Assembly (NCBI RefSeq): GCF_023055435.1
Contig: NW_025963890.1
Location: 78,244,001-78,308,000 of the forward strand
Direction: 5' to 3'
DNA: 64,000 bases
Source of the DNA: Haliotis rufescens
Taxonomy: Eukaryota
Below the pieces are notes generated by a model that made no database searches, was not told the origin of the DNA, and was given only the letters and a program-made list of their open reading frames with translations. The position numbers were made by a program, and so were the translations under genes. Shown here piece after piece: positions 26,386 through 39,703 of this stretch (its first letter is position 1; each line of letters starts with the position of its first letter).

Positions 26386-26839
26386 CCTTCCTGTCATCAC
26401 ACCCTGATGGTTGATTGTTCATACTATCGAACAGTGGTCTGTCTGATTCAGAATCATTTGTCTGTAACTTAAAGTATCACTGAGATCACTACAGGGTGAC
26501 TGTCAGATACCATCCATCTTACAACGAGTTGTTTCAAAACGTATCGAGCGAGAACGCGTTAGATACGTTGAGAAACGTAAGATATGTAAGATTTGTAAGA
26601 TTAACGGTATACACGAGTCCAGTAATCTTTCTCCTTACATCCCCCCAAAACGAACAGTCTATGCTTATGATCGCAGCGACGCATTATTACATACATTATA
26701 ACACAACGGTCATGAGTGACGCCATCCAGCTTACTGCCTACTACCCATACCTAGTGTGACCCTCCACAAAAATAGTTTCAGTCATATCTGTGTCAAGAAG
26801 ATGATGATAATGCAATCTAGATGAGATTAATTATCCAGA

Positions 26840-28034
26840 CTTGTTTGTAATATTATTATTACTGTTTGCCGATGATGTTATTCTTGTCTCTGACACAGTA
26901 ACTGGTTTACAGAACCAACTTAATATTCTTGAAAAGTTTGCAGATTCACATGGATTAAGGGTAAATTTAGATAAAACGAGTGTTGTTGTATTTAGAGGAG
27001 GAGGGCGGTTATCTGTTCATGAGAAATGGTTCTATAAAGGCAAACGTGTTTCAACCGCCAACTCCTATAGATATCTTGGGTTTGTATTCTCATATATATC
27101 AAAGATGAACCAATGTGTTTCAGATCTAGCATCAAGGGGTAAACGAGCTTTAATGGAAATATTTCGCAATCTACGGAAGATTGGTTTTGTTGACACTTCA
27201 GTTTTCGTTAACATAATTGATACTCAGATTCAACCTATTCTTTTATATGGTGCGGAAATATGGGGTGCTGACGGATTTGAAAAAATAGAACAAGTGCATA
27301 TTATGGCTTGTAAGAAGTTTCTTAACGTTGGTTTGCAAACCCCAAATGCTATTGTGTATGGGGAATGCGGTCGGTACCCACTACATGTAAATGCTATGTG
27401 TCGTTCTGTAAAGTATTGGCTAAAAGTGATTAAAATGGACGAAGATGGGATACCAAGAAAATCTTAAAATACGCTTGTATATAACGACAAGTGTGGTCGT
27501 CATAACTATGCTTCTTCTATTCGTTCCATGTTATTTTCTCACGGATTTGGAGTAGTTTGGCTCAGTCAAGCTGTTGGCGATAAACCATCATTCATAAATA
27601 GTTTTAAAAACATTTTGATAAATATGTTCTACCAATCATGGAATAGTACTATCAAGGCTAGTTCTAGGTCCATCCTGTATAAAGACTCCTGGAACCAGAA
27701 AAATACCTTTCCATTGTTATTGCAATAAAGTATCGAAATGTTACGATAAGGCTTAGAGCCGGGCTACTAAGACCTAAGGTAAACGAAGGTAGATGGGCTG
27801 ATGTTGATTTACGTTTATGGCCCATATATGAAACAAGTATAGAGAATGAATATCATTTTACTTTAGAATGTGAACATTAAAACGATATTAGACAACTGTA
27901 TTTACCAACAACTGTAAATCTGTAAATATTTACCTAACATTACCTTTCGTTCATGTACCACACTATTTCAAATGTATGTATTGTATATTGGCCAGTGGCC
28001 TTAGTACAAATAAAAGACTTCTTCTTCTTCTTCT
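26840..28034 (+). mobile_element. 5'-truncated non-LTR retrotransposon (LINE) RT C-terminal region with 3' (CTT)n tail
   Basis: ORF 26841-27467: LLFADDVIL...GLQNQLNIL...GLRVNLDKT...YRYLG...PILLYGAEIWG...VYGECGRYPL; downstream frameshifted continuation, AATAAA and (CTT)n at ~28008-28034. Confidence 0.88.
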
Positions 28035-28919
28035 AAGTAACATTTATTAACACTCTATAACCGAAAAGGTTCGACACAGACAGAGGTTTTATCAATTACT
28101 TACAAAGAGGAAAGTAGTCCGTCAAAATCTGACCTTAGGTCATCACCAATAACCATGCTACCATAACTGAATACTACACTGGAGAAAACAGGTGATGCAG
28201 GTCTGAGACGTTCATCATTTTGGTGAAACCCACGAACACCAGTATGGTGTTGACAAGCCCAGAAATATAATCAGGCTGATACTAGGATTCGAACCCATGA
28301 TCATAGGTTCCTGTACGCCTGAGGGACGCAACTCTTCACAATGAACTTCAGCAACTTACAGGCCTAGGTGTCCCGTGCCCTCTGCTGACATATACACCGA
28401 ACGCTTCGACTCTGTATCACATCATTTACACTACCTACAACACCGTAAATGAACCTGAAAAATGCAATAGTGTTTGAAGAAGGATCATTTTACAATCCGT
28501 TATTGGGAATAACTATGCGACATATGTGAGGGATAAATATATATCGACACTTTGTACACCATCATTCCCCGTGGTGAACTCGTATATATCTTTATTATGC
28601 CTCAAAGTGAGACTGACCAATCAGAAAGCAGAACTACTGACCCCATATGAGCCCCTATACAGTCAGTAAAAATCCAAGATGGTTGTTACTGACCTAATAG
28701 GAGACCGTACCGTCAGTAACAGCCATTTTGGATTTTCCAACACCCACCTCAAATACTTCACATGTATATTCTGGTACATAAATTCGTTATTCGACACTGT
28801 TTTGTAATTTAATATCATAATTGTTTTGTGTACAAGGACGTTAATGTTTTTTATCACGTTCGTGACTTTAATAAAGATTATATAAAGTTAAAATTATCAA
28901 CAAAGTTTGGCCTCTGAAG

Positions 28920-31900
28920 TAATCAACTGTAGGCTGTAACATCTCATAATGTTCTGAGTGGACCCTGTCTAGCTAGATGCGGACATCACTGTTCTGGTAA
29001 TCAACTGTAGTCTGTAACGTCTCATAATGTTCATTGTGGACCCTGTCTGGCTAGATGCGGACATCACTGTTCTGGAAATCAACTGTAGGCTGTAACGTCT
29101 CATAATGTTCTGAGTGGACCCTGTCTAGCTAGATGCGGACATCACTGTTCTGGTAATTAACTGTAGGCTGTAACGTCTCATAATGTTCTGTGTGGGCCCT
29201 GTCTAGCTCGATGCGGACATCACTGTTCTGGTAATTAACTGTAGGCTGTAACGTCTCATAATGTTCTGTGTGGGCCCTGTCTAGCTCGATGCGGACATCA
29301 CTGTTCTGGTAATTAACTGTAGGCTGTAACGTCTCATAATGTTCCGTGTGAATCCTGTCCAGCTAGATGCGGACATCACTGTTCTGGTAATCAACTGTAG
29401 GCTGTAACGTCTCATAATGTTCCGTGTGAATCCTGTCCAGCTAGATGCGGACATCACTGTTCTGGTAATCAACTGTAGGCTGTAACGTCTCATAATGTTC
29501 TGAGTGGACCCTCTCTAGCTAGATGCGGACATCACTATTCTGATAATCAACTGTAGGTTGTAACGTCTCATAATGTTCTGTGTGGACCCTGTCTAGCTAG
29601 ATGCGGACATCACTGTTCTGGTAATCACCTGTAGGCTGTAACGTCTCATAATGTTCTGAGTGGACCCTGTCTAGCTAGATGCGGACATCACTGTTCTGGT
29701 AATCAACTGTAGTCTGTAACGTCTCATAATGTTCATTGTGGACCCTGTCTGGCTAGATGCGGACATCACTGTTCTGGAAATCAACTGTAGGCTGTAACGT
29801 CTCATAATGTTCTGAGTGGACCCTGTCTAGCTAGATGCGGACATCACTGTTCTGGTAATTAACTGTAGGCTGTAACGTCTCATAATGTTCTGTGTGGGCC
29901 CTGTCTAGCTCGATGCGGACATCACTGTTCTGGTAATTAACTGTAGGCTGTAACGTCTCATAATGTTCTGTGTGGGCCCTGTCTAGCTCGATGCGGACAT
30001 CACTGTTCTGGTAATTAACTGTAGGCTGTAACGTCTCATAATGTTCCGTGTGAATCCTGTCCAGCTAGATGCGGACATCACTGTTCTGGTAATCAACTGT
30101 AGGCTGTAACGTCTCATAATGTTCCGTGTGAATCCTGTCCAGCTAGATGCGGACATCACTGTTCTGGTAATCAACTGTAGGCTGTAACGTCTCATAATGT
30201 TCTGAGTGGACCCTCTCTAGCTAGATGCGGACATCACTATTCTGATAATCAACTGTAGGTTGTAACGTCTCATAATGTTCTGTGTGGACCCTGTCTAGCT
30301 AGATGCGGACATCACTGTTCTGGTAATCACCTGTAGGCTGTAACGTCTCATAATGTTCTGTGTGGACCCTGTCTGGCTAGATGCGGACATCACTGTTCTG
30401 GTAATCAACTGTAGGCTGTAACGTCTCATAATGTTCTGTGTGGACCCTGTCTGGCTAGATGCGGACATCACTGTTCTGGTAATCAACTGTAGGCTGTAAC
30501 GTCTCATACTATTCTGTGTGGACCCTGTCTGGCTAGATGCGGACATCACTGTTCTGGTAATCACCTGTAGGCTGTAACGTCTCATAATGTTCTGTGTGGA
30601 CCCTGTCTGGCTAGATGCGGACATCACTGTTCTGGTAATCAACTGTAGGCTGTAACGTCTCATAATGTTCTGTGTGGACCCTGTCTGGCTAGATGCGGAC
30701 ATCACTGTTCTGGTAATCAACTGTAGGCTGTAACGTCTCATACTATTCTGTGTGGATCCTGTCTGGCTAGATGCGGACATCACTGTTCTGGTAATCAACT
30801 GTAGGCTGCAACGTCTCATACTATTCTGTGTGGACCCTGTCTGGCTTGATGCGGACATCACTATTCTGGTAATCAACTGTAGGCTGTAATGTCTCATAAT
30901 GTTCATTGTGGACCCTGTCTGGCTAGATGCGGACATCACTATTCTGGTAATCAACTGTAGGCTGTAACGTCTCATACTGTTCTGTGTGGACCCTGTCTGG
31001 CTAGATGCGGACATCACACTATTCTGGTAATCAACTGTAGGCTGTAACGTCTCATGATATTCTGAGTGGACAATTCTAGCTAGATGCGGACACCACTGTT
31101 CTAGTAATCAACTGTAGGCTGTAACGTCTCATAATGTTCTGAGTGGACAATTCTAGCTAGATGCGGACACCACTATTCTGGTAATCAACTGTAGGCTGTA
31201 ATGTCCGTGTGGTTCCTGTCCGGCTAGATGCGGACATCACTGTTCTGGTAATTAACTGTAGGCTGTAACGCCTCATAATGTTCCGTGTGGTTCCTGTCCA
31301 GCTAGATGCGGACATCACTGTTCTGGTAATTAACTGTAGGCTGTAACGCCTCATAATGTTCCGTGTGGTTCCTGTCCGGCTAGATGCGGACATCACTGTT
31401 CTGGTAATTAACTGTAGGCTTTAACGCCTCATAATGTTCCGTGTGGTTCCTGTCCGGCTAGATGCGGACATCACTGTTCTGGTAATTAACTGTAGGCTGT
31501 AACGCCTCATAATGTTCCGTGTGGTTCCTGTCCGGCTAGATGCGGACATCACTGTTCTGGTAAATAACTGTAGGCTGTAACGCCTCATAATGTTCCGTGT
31601 GGTTCCTGTCCGGCTAGATGCGGACTTCACTGTTCTGGTAATTAACTGTAGGCTTTAACGCCTCATAATGTTCCGTGTGGACCCTGTCTAGCTAGATGCG
31701 GACATCACTGTTCTGGTAATTAACTGTAGGCTGCAACGCCTCATAATGTTCCGTGTGGTTCCTGTCCGGCTAGATGCGGACATCACTGTTCTGGTAATTA
31801 ACTGTAGGCTGCAACGCCTCATAATGTTCCGTGTGGACCCTGTCTAGCTAGATGCGGACATCACTGCTCTGGTAATCAACTGTAGGCTGCAACGTCTCAT

Positions 31901-32003
31901 AATGTTCCGTGTGGACCCTGTCTAGCTAGATGCGGACATCACTGTTCTGGTAATCAACTGTAGGCTGTAACGTCTCATAATGTTCCGTGTGGACCCTGTT
32001 TAG
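28920..32003 (-). repeat. 78-bp tandem array (~39 units) of last codons + stop of receptor copy B
   Basis: Same unit as 10240-10547; contains a 702-bp (9-unit) higher-order duplication (identical ORFs 29281-29493 and 29983-30195). Confidence 0.95.
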
Positions 32004-35000
32004 CTTGGTGTAGTCTTGATCAGGCAGGACATCATACGTGGGGAGTTCTACAGGAGGGGCAGGGCTTGTCTCGGGTGTTCTAGAATTCTGTCTTGGTGTA
32101 TTCTTGGTTATCCTGAATTGAACATTTATAATAAAATCAAAATGACCGTCGTTAACATTTCTACAGAATCATGTACACATCAGTAAGTGTTCTGTTGGTT
32201 TCGACAGCACACACGTGGCTACATTCGACATTTACCTTTTATTTGTGGAATCAACATCCACTGGGATGCTTTTGTATTTGATCTACTAACGATCCCAAGG
32301 AGGAATCTGAAAATTTTGGCCAGGGATCTGGAATGAACTCCCTCTAGAAATTACACTTGAAAGTACTTCCAGCTAGTGAATCTTTCACAGTTGCTCCGAT
32401 CACTACAATAACTATTATTGCCCCTCACAATTTTCTGCAACTGGAAGGTTGTTCACAATCAGTTGTAATTTTAATCTCCTTTTGCATGTAAATAATGTAC
32501 CTACTGATGTATGGAACCAAGCGCATTAGAAGTACTTCTTCTTCGTCATCATATAACATCATAACTCTAGCACCTGTCCAAGGTAACGCACCTGAAGTCT
32601 CCCTTCCTCCACAGACAGACCACGCCTACAACCATGACCAAGACCACCAGCATAGTGAGAGACCCAATGATGCCAGCTCCTGCTGGGGACATACTTGTGA
32701 CTGGAGACAAACTGCTCACAACTTGAAAGTAAGAAAGGATAAAGGGTTAGAGAAAATCTTTCACCCTAGCAAACTGCTCACACGTACTGAGTAAAATGAT
32801 TCCTATGCTAAAGAAACTTCTACGCCGGCATACATTCTTATAAATAACTCCACAAGTGGTCAACAGGTAAATTCTGAGTGTGCTGAATTGCTGATGGTGA
32901 ATTGTGCTAAAGACGTGTGTCATCAATAAATCACACTTGCTTGTTTTGAGTGCGCAGCGTCCACCTTTAACATCTTGACATCACATACCACTCTGGGTAC
33001 AATCCTCTCCTGTCCATCCTGACTGGCACCCATCACTACACAAGCCTGTGTCCCAGGGACAGGTGCCCGACCCTCCGTCACACATCCGGGCTCTGCAGCA
33101 GCCTTTTCATCCGGCACCATACTCCACATCTTGGACACAGCCTGTTGGTATAATTTATCTGCATGTAAAAATAACAAGTCAAACTTGCCACGTACACAGA
33201 AGAAGGCAATAAAATGAGTTGAATTGAATTATTTTGGACTTTGTTGATTTTATTTAAGAGTAACGTGATTCGAGGGGTAACATTTGAGGTAGGAATGAAA
33301 GATTGTGTGTCCAGCGAGGCGATACATGGATCCTCAATTGATGTGCCATGAGATTTAATCCGATCATATTGTTTCCAAACAGAATATTTCCACATCTCTA
33401 ACCTGTTGTGCAATCGACATCTTTCCATCCGGGACTACAGCCTCCTTTACACCATCCAGTCACGTGATCACATACAGACTGGGACGTGTCTCTACAATGT
33501 CTGGCTGAGCAGCTTCTTGTGCAATCGTCTCCATACGTATCGACGCATTCTTCATAGAAACATGCATTGTATATTGTGTCTGAATTTCAAATTAATGTCT
33601 GAGTTGGGGTTTTTTCAAATTGTTAAAACTATTTTACAGAATACATCTGTTCAAAATGCTGGTCTAGATACTCGATGTATCCTTACCCTGTGTGCAGTCC
33701 GGTGTTTGGTAGCCTGCCTGACATCCACCTGAACATTCACCAGTTGCATGGTTACAGCTGGAGGTGCTGTCCTTACACAGTCTGTCCGTGCACCGCTTGG
33801 AGCAGCGTCGTCCGTATTCTCCCATTGGACATACTGAAACAGCAGATACAGAGGATATGGCAATTTCCACGAAGCAATTAAATTGTGTAAAATACATTTA
33901 TAAAAGGTACAATTCCACCATGTTGAACATACGACATAAGAATGCATCCAAATCCTTGTGTGAATGTAAGCTAATATCAAAAAGAAAGTATACCAAGAGT
34001 TTGAAAGACTATGAAAGAAAAACAAAAGCATGTTGAAAATCAATTAAAATATTTCATAAGAGTTATGTTTAAGTATAATGGGCACAACTGCTCATGAAAT
34101 GGACTGACTGAGACACAAAGACATACTTTCTTGGTGCTTTTGGTTGATGTGTTTATAACGTGCCGTGTCACCAGTTTTAGAAAATACTTTTACAGGTGCA
34201 TATCGTTTTACCTAGTCCAAAGTCGTTGTGGCAAAATTGTAAATGTATCTTGCTTTTTGTTACCCAATACATTTGCTTGTATTCGTGAAACATATTTAAG
34301 TCTTAATTCATATATGAATTATTAAGTTATCAAAATAGAGGGAAATAGTTCAGTTGGTAGACCTTCTTTTTGGAGATTAGTTTAGTTTAGTGTTTATTGT
34401 TTGTATTTCTATTCTACTGAATGGTAATTATTCACGCATTAGTCATAGGTAATTGCTATTGGTTCTTAACTCACTGATATTGCAACTGTTGCCAAACCAG
34501 CCCAGCATACACATTCCACTTGGACAGATGCCGCTCACATAGTTACACACCTCACCGTCACAGTGGCAGCAGTTGTCACAGTCAGAGCCGAAAGTACCGG
34601 GACCACACACTGTCAAATGGATGTTTGGCTCTTACATCACACAACATAGAGCTTTACATGTATTGTATGGGTTTCTATAACCATTTGTAAGAATGAATCT
34701 GTTTGCAAAAGTAATCACATGAAAAGGTCGTGAAGCAGAATTATTACACAACATCAGTATTTTATATAAATATTTATATGATTCTAGGCCTAAGAAAACA
34801 CTGCTACTCAAGAGATCACAAACATTCGTTTTTTTCTGATTGTTCACGAAAGCGAAGGCATGACGCTTATGTATAGATAATTATACATGAAGAGGACAAA
34901 CTAACCTATTTCGCGCACTGATGATGTTACCTTAACATAATTTGACTGAGACTTTTATATAAACATGTGGCAGTGATCAATCGAGATGCAGCATAGATCA

Positions 35001-38000
35001 TGGTTGACCCAGGCTTTTTCGAAAACATGTATTAAAGGGACAAATTATAAAACGATTAATTTGCAAAGTTCATTTACAACACTTTATATTTCTTGTTGAG
35101 TTAATTTATGTGTGGTTTAATGTTTGCTTTCCTTAAGTCGCTGCTTTTCATTACTGTAAAAGCATTGCATTCGAGCTTAGAGCACCTATGGTACTATAAC
35201 AAAATATGTTGTGTAAAGTAAAATGTAGTGTCCCGTGCCAGAGCAAGGTGCCCGCGTGACGTCAGCAATCTCACTTCCATTGCTTCCTCCTGTTACGTTG
35301 TAGCAGTTGTGACCACTCGGGGCATCAGTCGAGTTGGTCACATACACCTGGATGCCATTTCTCCTTAGTGTATCTGGAATAATTGCTTCAATAAAGTTCC
35401 AGGAAGGGAATCGCACATATATAGCCACATGAACGTATTCTTGAAGAAAAAGACGCATGTTGTATAAACGTTAAACAGCCAACAATAGATTCTCACAAAC
35501 TAACAATTAACCCAGCATTATCGATTGCAGCTGACAATAAACTCACAGTCAGTCCTGAAGTAGATGGAGACCTCACGTATCATGCCCTGTGTCATTGAGA
35601 TCCACACGCCACCAGTTGGGGTTGCTGGGCGCTGTTTCTATACAAACACGATACCAGCTTGCAGTGCTTCCGTCCGTGGCCCGGGATGACGGGTAATTGC
35701 CATCTCGACTGGATGATGAAGCTTTCTCCCTCGCAACATTATCTAGAAAATGCATGAACAAGATAGTTCTTTCCATTTATTTGATTTGTTTGTGTTTGAT
35801 ATCTGCGGTCAGCGGTGTTCCGCAGAATCTGGTCTCTTTTATTGCCTTACATTAAGACTTCTGCCCATTAACAAGACTTACATACATCACACATATTTCA
35901 CATTCTTTAATACAATACCAGACTTTTCATGGGGGGACTGATTTCTTTTCTTAGAAACAGGCTTTTTCTTTTTCTTTGAAAACTAATATTTATTTTACAT
36001 CCATCATTTTCAGCAACGTTTCGAGTTAGAAACATAGCGTCAAGGCATAAAATGAGACGAAAACAACATTTTGACGAAATGGCAGGTCGCCGCAATGTTG
36101 TTCTTTCTTAGAATATGGAAAACATGCAGTAAAGAACACAGTACGTGGCGCTACCGTCTACTTAACAAATGTGAACAGAGCATCAATATACCCAGGGTTC
36201 GAGGTCACAACAACGTGCATAGATTTGAATGCTAACTCTGTGGGTTAAAGGACCGTCGTTTGTCTGGTTGAGGTAATACATAAAGACATTGCACACATAC
36301 TATTGTTGGGTATGTCCTGTATTTATTAACCTAGGCTTCCTTTTGTTACAAGGGACATCATCGATTTGAGTGAGGGAATTAGTTTAGTTAAAAATTGCAA
36401 TGAACAGAACAAGAATAACGCTTTGACTCCAATGGGCATTCTCAACTCCCTGAGGAGAATACATGACAACATCCTGATCATAACTCTGTGTGATTCTGAA
36501 AATAATCAAAGATCACATCATCTTTTCAAGACATACATATATTGAATATACCATTCTTATAAATTGTCAACATTGGCGTGTCAGTTTGATGTTGGAGGAA
36601 AACCCACTTTGGTGAAACACGCAAGCGGGGTGATCCTGCTGACAAACATAGAAACATAATCAGGGAGAATCTGGGATTCTAACTCACGATCTCAGGTTTC
36701 TGGTCCAGCGATTTGCTGATGCTAGGACGACTGGGCCACTGGGGGGCTGTTTGGGACCGGGATTATAGGTAACCGGGATCCAGTGAGTTTGGTTCTTGCT
36801 TTGTGAAAACGACACCGACAAAAATGATGTCTGAAATAGTTTCTAAATATACGATCAAAGATATGTGGTCATTTCTAGGAAAGCAACCTATATTGCAATT
36901 GAATCAAGGCCATTAAAATGATTGGAATTGAAAAGGAGGAGAACCATTTCTGTGTATGCATAGTTTAATTAACTTACTACATACGCACACCGATATAGGG
37001 ACAGGCCGACAGCACAACAGAATATATATGTCGCATGGGTGTGTTGTTGTGTTGTACATTTTATATCGTTGCCACCTGAAATATATGCCACTTTGTCGCA
37101 TTGTCCCCATTTTGTAAGCATGAAAAATATAACAGAAAACGCAACAATGTCACAATGCGAGAATGGGACGATTCCTGAAACGTTGTTTTACGCATTTGAG
37201 GCAACATTGCCACGATACATTCTGTGACCTCAAATATTAATGTCACTTTGTCACATTGACCCCCCTTTGGTAACCAAACATATAATTTTGTCATGTTCTT
37301 CTTGCTTCCTTTTAAGATCGACAAGAGACATTCTCACCACCACCCCTTTGTAGCCGGCCGCACGTCTGTATCTGTGTTGCTCTGGTTTTCTGTATTCCTT
37401 CTGACATTGATGAATGAAAGAGGCATGAATCCAGGTACATACTTTAACCAAACATAGTTAGATCCAATAGTTCAGGATGATCAGTGGTATTATAGGGCAG
37501 GGTATTTTATTGTTAAACAATGATTATAGCTGAATAACATTGTTTCTGTTGAGATCGGTTAAAGCTCGTTGCATTTTACTTTTAACAATGATTTGTTGTC
37601 AGGTATGAAGTACTATTTACTGTAAGCAGTTTTGAGGAAGTTACTAGATTTAGATACTAGTGTGAACGTTATATAGAGAAAGAGCGTTATAGGAACAGGT
37701 GGAATATTCTATTTTTGAGGTATCCATTATATTTTTGGAATGGGGAGTTGAGTATGTTCTCTGACGCTGTTGCAATAATGGGCCTCTGCTCAATTATTTT
37801 AAGAAACGGAGAGGTACTCGGACATTCCCCTCTACGGAATGTGGGGCGGTGGGATAGCTCAGCGGTTTGTTTAAGGTTCAATTTCCAACATGGGTACACT
37901 ATGTGAAGCCGATTTCTGGTGTCCCCCGCCGTGATATTGCTGGAATATTGCCAAAAGCAGCGTAAAACCTACTCACTCACACACTCTACGGAATGTGGTA

Positions 38001-38396
38001 CTATTTAATGTAAGTTTTGAGAAAGTTATAACTATATTTAGATGCTAATGTGATGTGTAAAACTTCCGGTACACCGTGGACTGAGATAGAGTGTTACATG
38101 TAGAGTATTCTGTGGTGGCACTGTGTAGAAATTGCCAAAGGCTGGTATGACCGTATGTAAGGGAAAAGAGCGAAATATATTAGTAATTTGACACCCGGGT
38201 GCATGAGCAAGGCTTACAGTCTCAGTACGATGTCGATAGTTATGCTGCTGTAGTTACATACGTTTCTGACATGTCGGACCAGACCATCCTGGGTGACAGG
38301 CTGACGGACTGCAGGCGGAAGTAGAATTACACTTGTCTTGGTCACAGTTACATCTGTAGCCGCACTGGTATCCGTATGTACCGTTAGGACAGCTGC
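31926..38396 (-). pseudogene. Receptor copy B, pseudogenised paralog; exons 38262-38396, 35547-35742, ~35209-35373, 34475-34609, 33687-33833, 33403-33549, 32989-33141, 32592-32700, 31926-32112
   Basis: Same exon set as copy A but: 196-nt first FTLD exon (+1 frameshift near 35583), 89-bp deletion at 35208/35209 removing the end of the FTLD and its splice donor, and TGT>TGA stop at 33107-33109. Confidence 0.85.
37843..37985 (+). mobile_element. SINE family 1 (internally deleted)
   Basis: GGGGCGGTGGGATAGCTCAGCGG...GTCCCCCGCCGTGATATTGCTGG...ACTCACTC; TSD CTCTACGGAATGTGG both sides; predates the duplication. Confidence 0.8.
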
Positions 38397-39703
38397 CTGT
38401 AACAGAAGTATTACATCAGTAAAAGACAGTGAAGTGGTAGCCCTATGTACCATCAGGACAGCTGTCTGTAACTGAAGTATTATATCAGAGAAAGACAGTG
38501 ACAGTGGTAGTTGTATGTACCATCAGGACAGCTGTCTGTAACAGAAGTATCATATCAGAGAAAGACAGTGACGCTGGTAGCTGTATGTACCATCAGGACA
38601 GCTGTCTGTAACAGAAGTATTATATCAGAGAAAGACAGTGACACTGGTAGCCGTATGTACCATCAGGACAGCTGCCTGTAACAGAAGTATCATATCAGAG
38701 AAAGATAGTGACACTGATAGCTGTATGTACCATCAGGACAGCTGTCTGTAACAGAAGTAATATATCAGAGAGAGACAGTGACACTGGTAGCCGTATGTAC
38801 CATCAGGAGAGCTGCCTGTAACAGAAGTATCATATCAGAGAAAGACAGTGACACTGGTAGCCGTATGTACCATCAGGACAGCTGTCTGTAACAGAAGTAT
38901 TATATCAGAGAAAGACAGTGACACTGGTAGCCGTATGTTCCATCAGGACAGCTGTCTGTAACAGAAGTATCATATCAGAGAAAGACAGTGACACTGGTAG
39001 CTGTATGTACCATCAGGACAGCTGTCTGTAACAGAAGTAATATATCAGAGAGAGACAGTGACACTGGTAGCCGTATGTACCATCAGGAGAGCTGCCTGTA
39101 ACAGAAGTATCATATCAGAGAAAGACAGTGACACTGGTAGCTGTATGTACCATCAGGACAGCTGTCTGTAACAGAAGTATTATATCACAGATAGACAGTG
39201 ACACTGGTAGCCGTGAGTACCGTTAGGACAGCTGCCTGTAACAGAAGTATTATAACAGAGGTAGACAGTGACACTGGTGGCCGCATGTACCATCATGACA
39301 GCTGTCTGTAACAGAAGTATTATATCACAGATAGACAGTGACACTGGTAGCCGTATGTACCGTCAGGACAGCTGCCTGTAACAGAAGTATTACATCAGTA
39401 AAAGACAGTGACACTGGTAGCTGTATGTACCATCAGGACAGCTGTCTGTAACAGAAGTATTATATCACAGATAGACAGTGACACTGGTAGCCGTGAGTAC
39501 CGTTAGGACAGCTGCCTGTAACAGAAGTATTATAACAGAGGTAGACAGTGACACTGGTGGCCGCATGTACCATCATGACAGCTGTCTGTAACAGAAGTAT
39601 TATATCACAGATAGACAGTGACACTGGTAGCCGTATGTACCGTCAGGACAGCTGCCTGTAACAGAAGTCTTATGTCACAGATAGACAGTGACACTGGTAG
39701 CTA
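38362..39703 (-). repeat. 70-bp tandem array (~19 units) spanning the splice acceptor of receptor B EGF exon
   Basis: CATCAGGACA recurs every 70 bp (38451, 38521, 38591...); unit contains TTCTGTTACAG|RCAGCTGTCC on minus strand. Confidence 0.95.

Noticed and set aside
33107-33109. In-frame TGA at a conserved Cys as possible selenocysteine
   Set aside because: Same copy has a frameshift and a donor-removing deletion upstream; extracellular EGF Cys; no SECIS identified.
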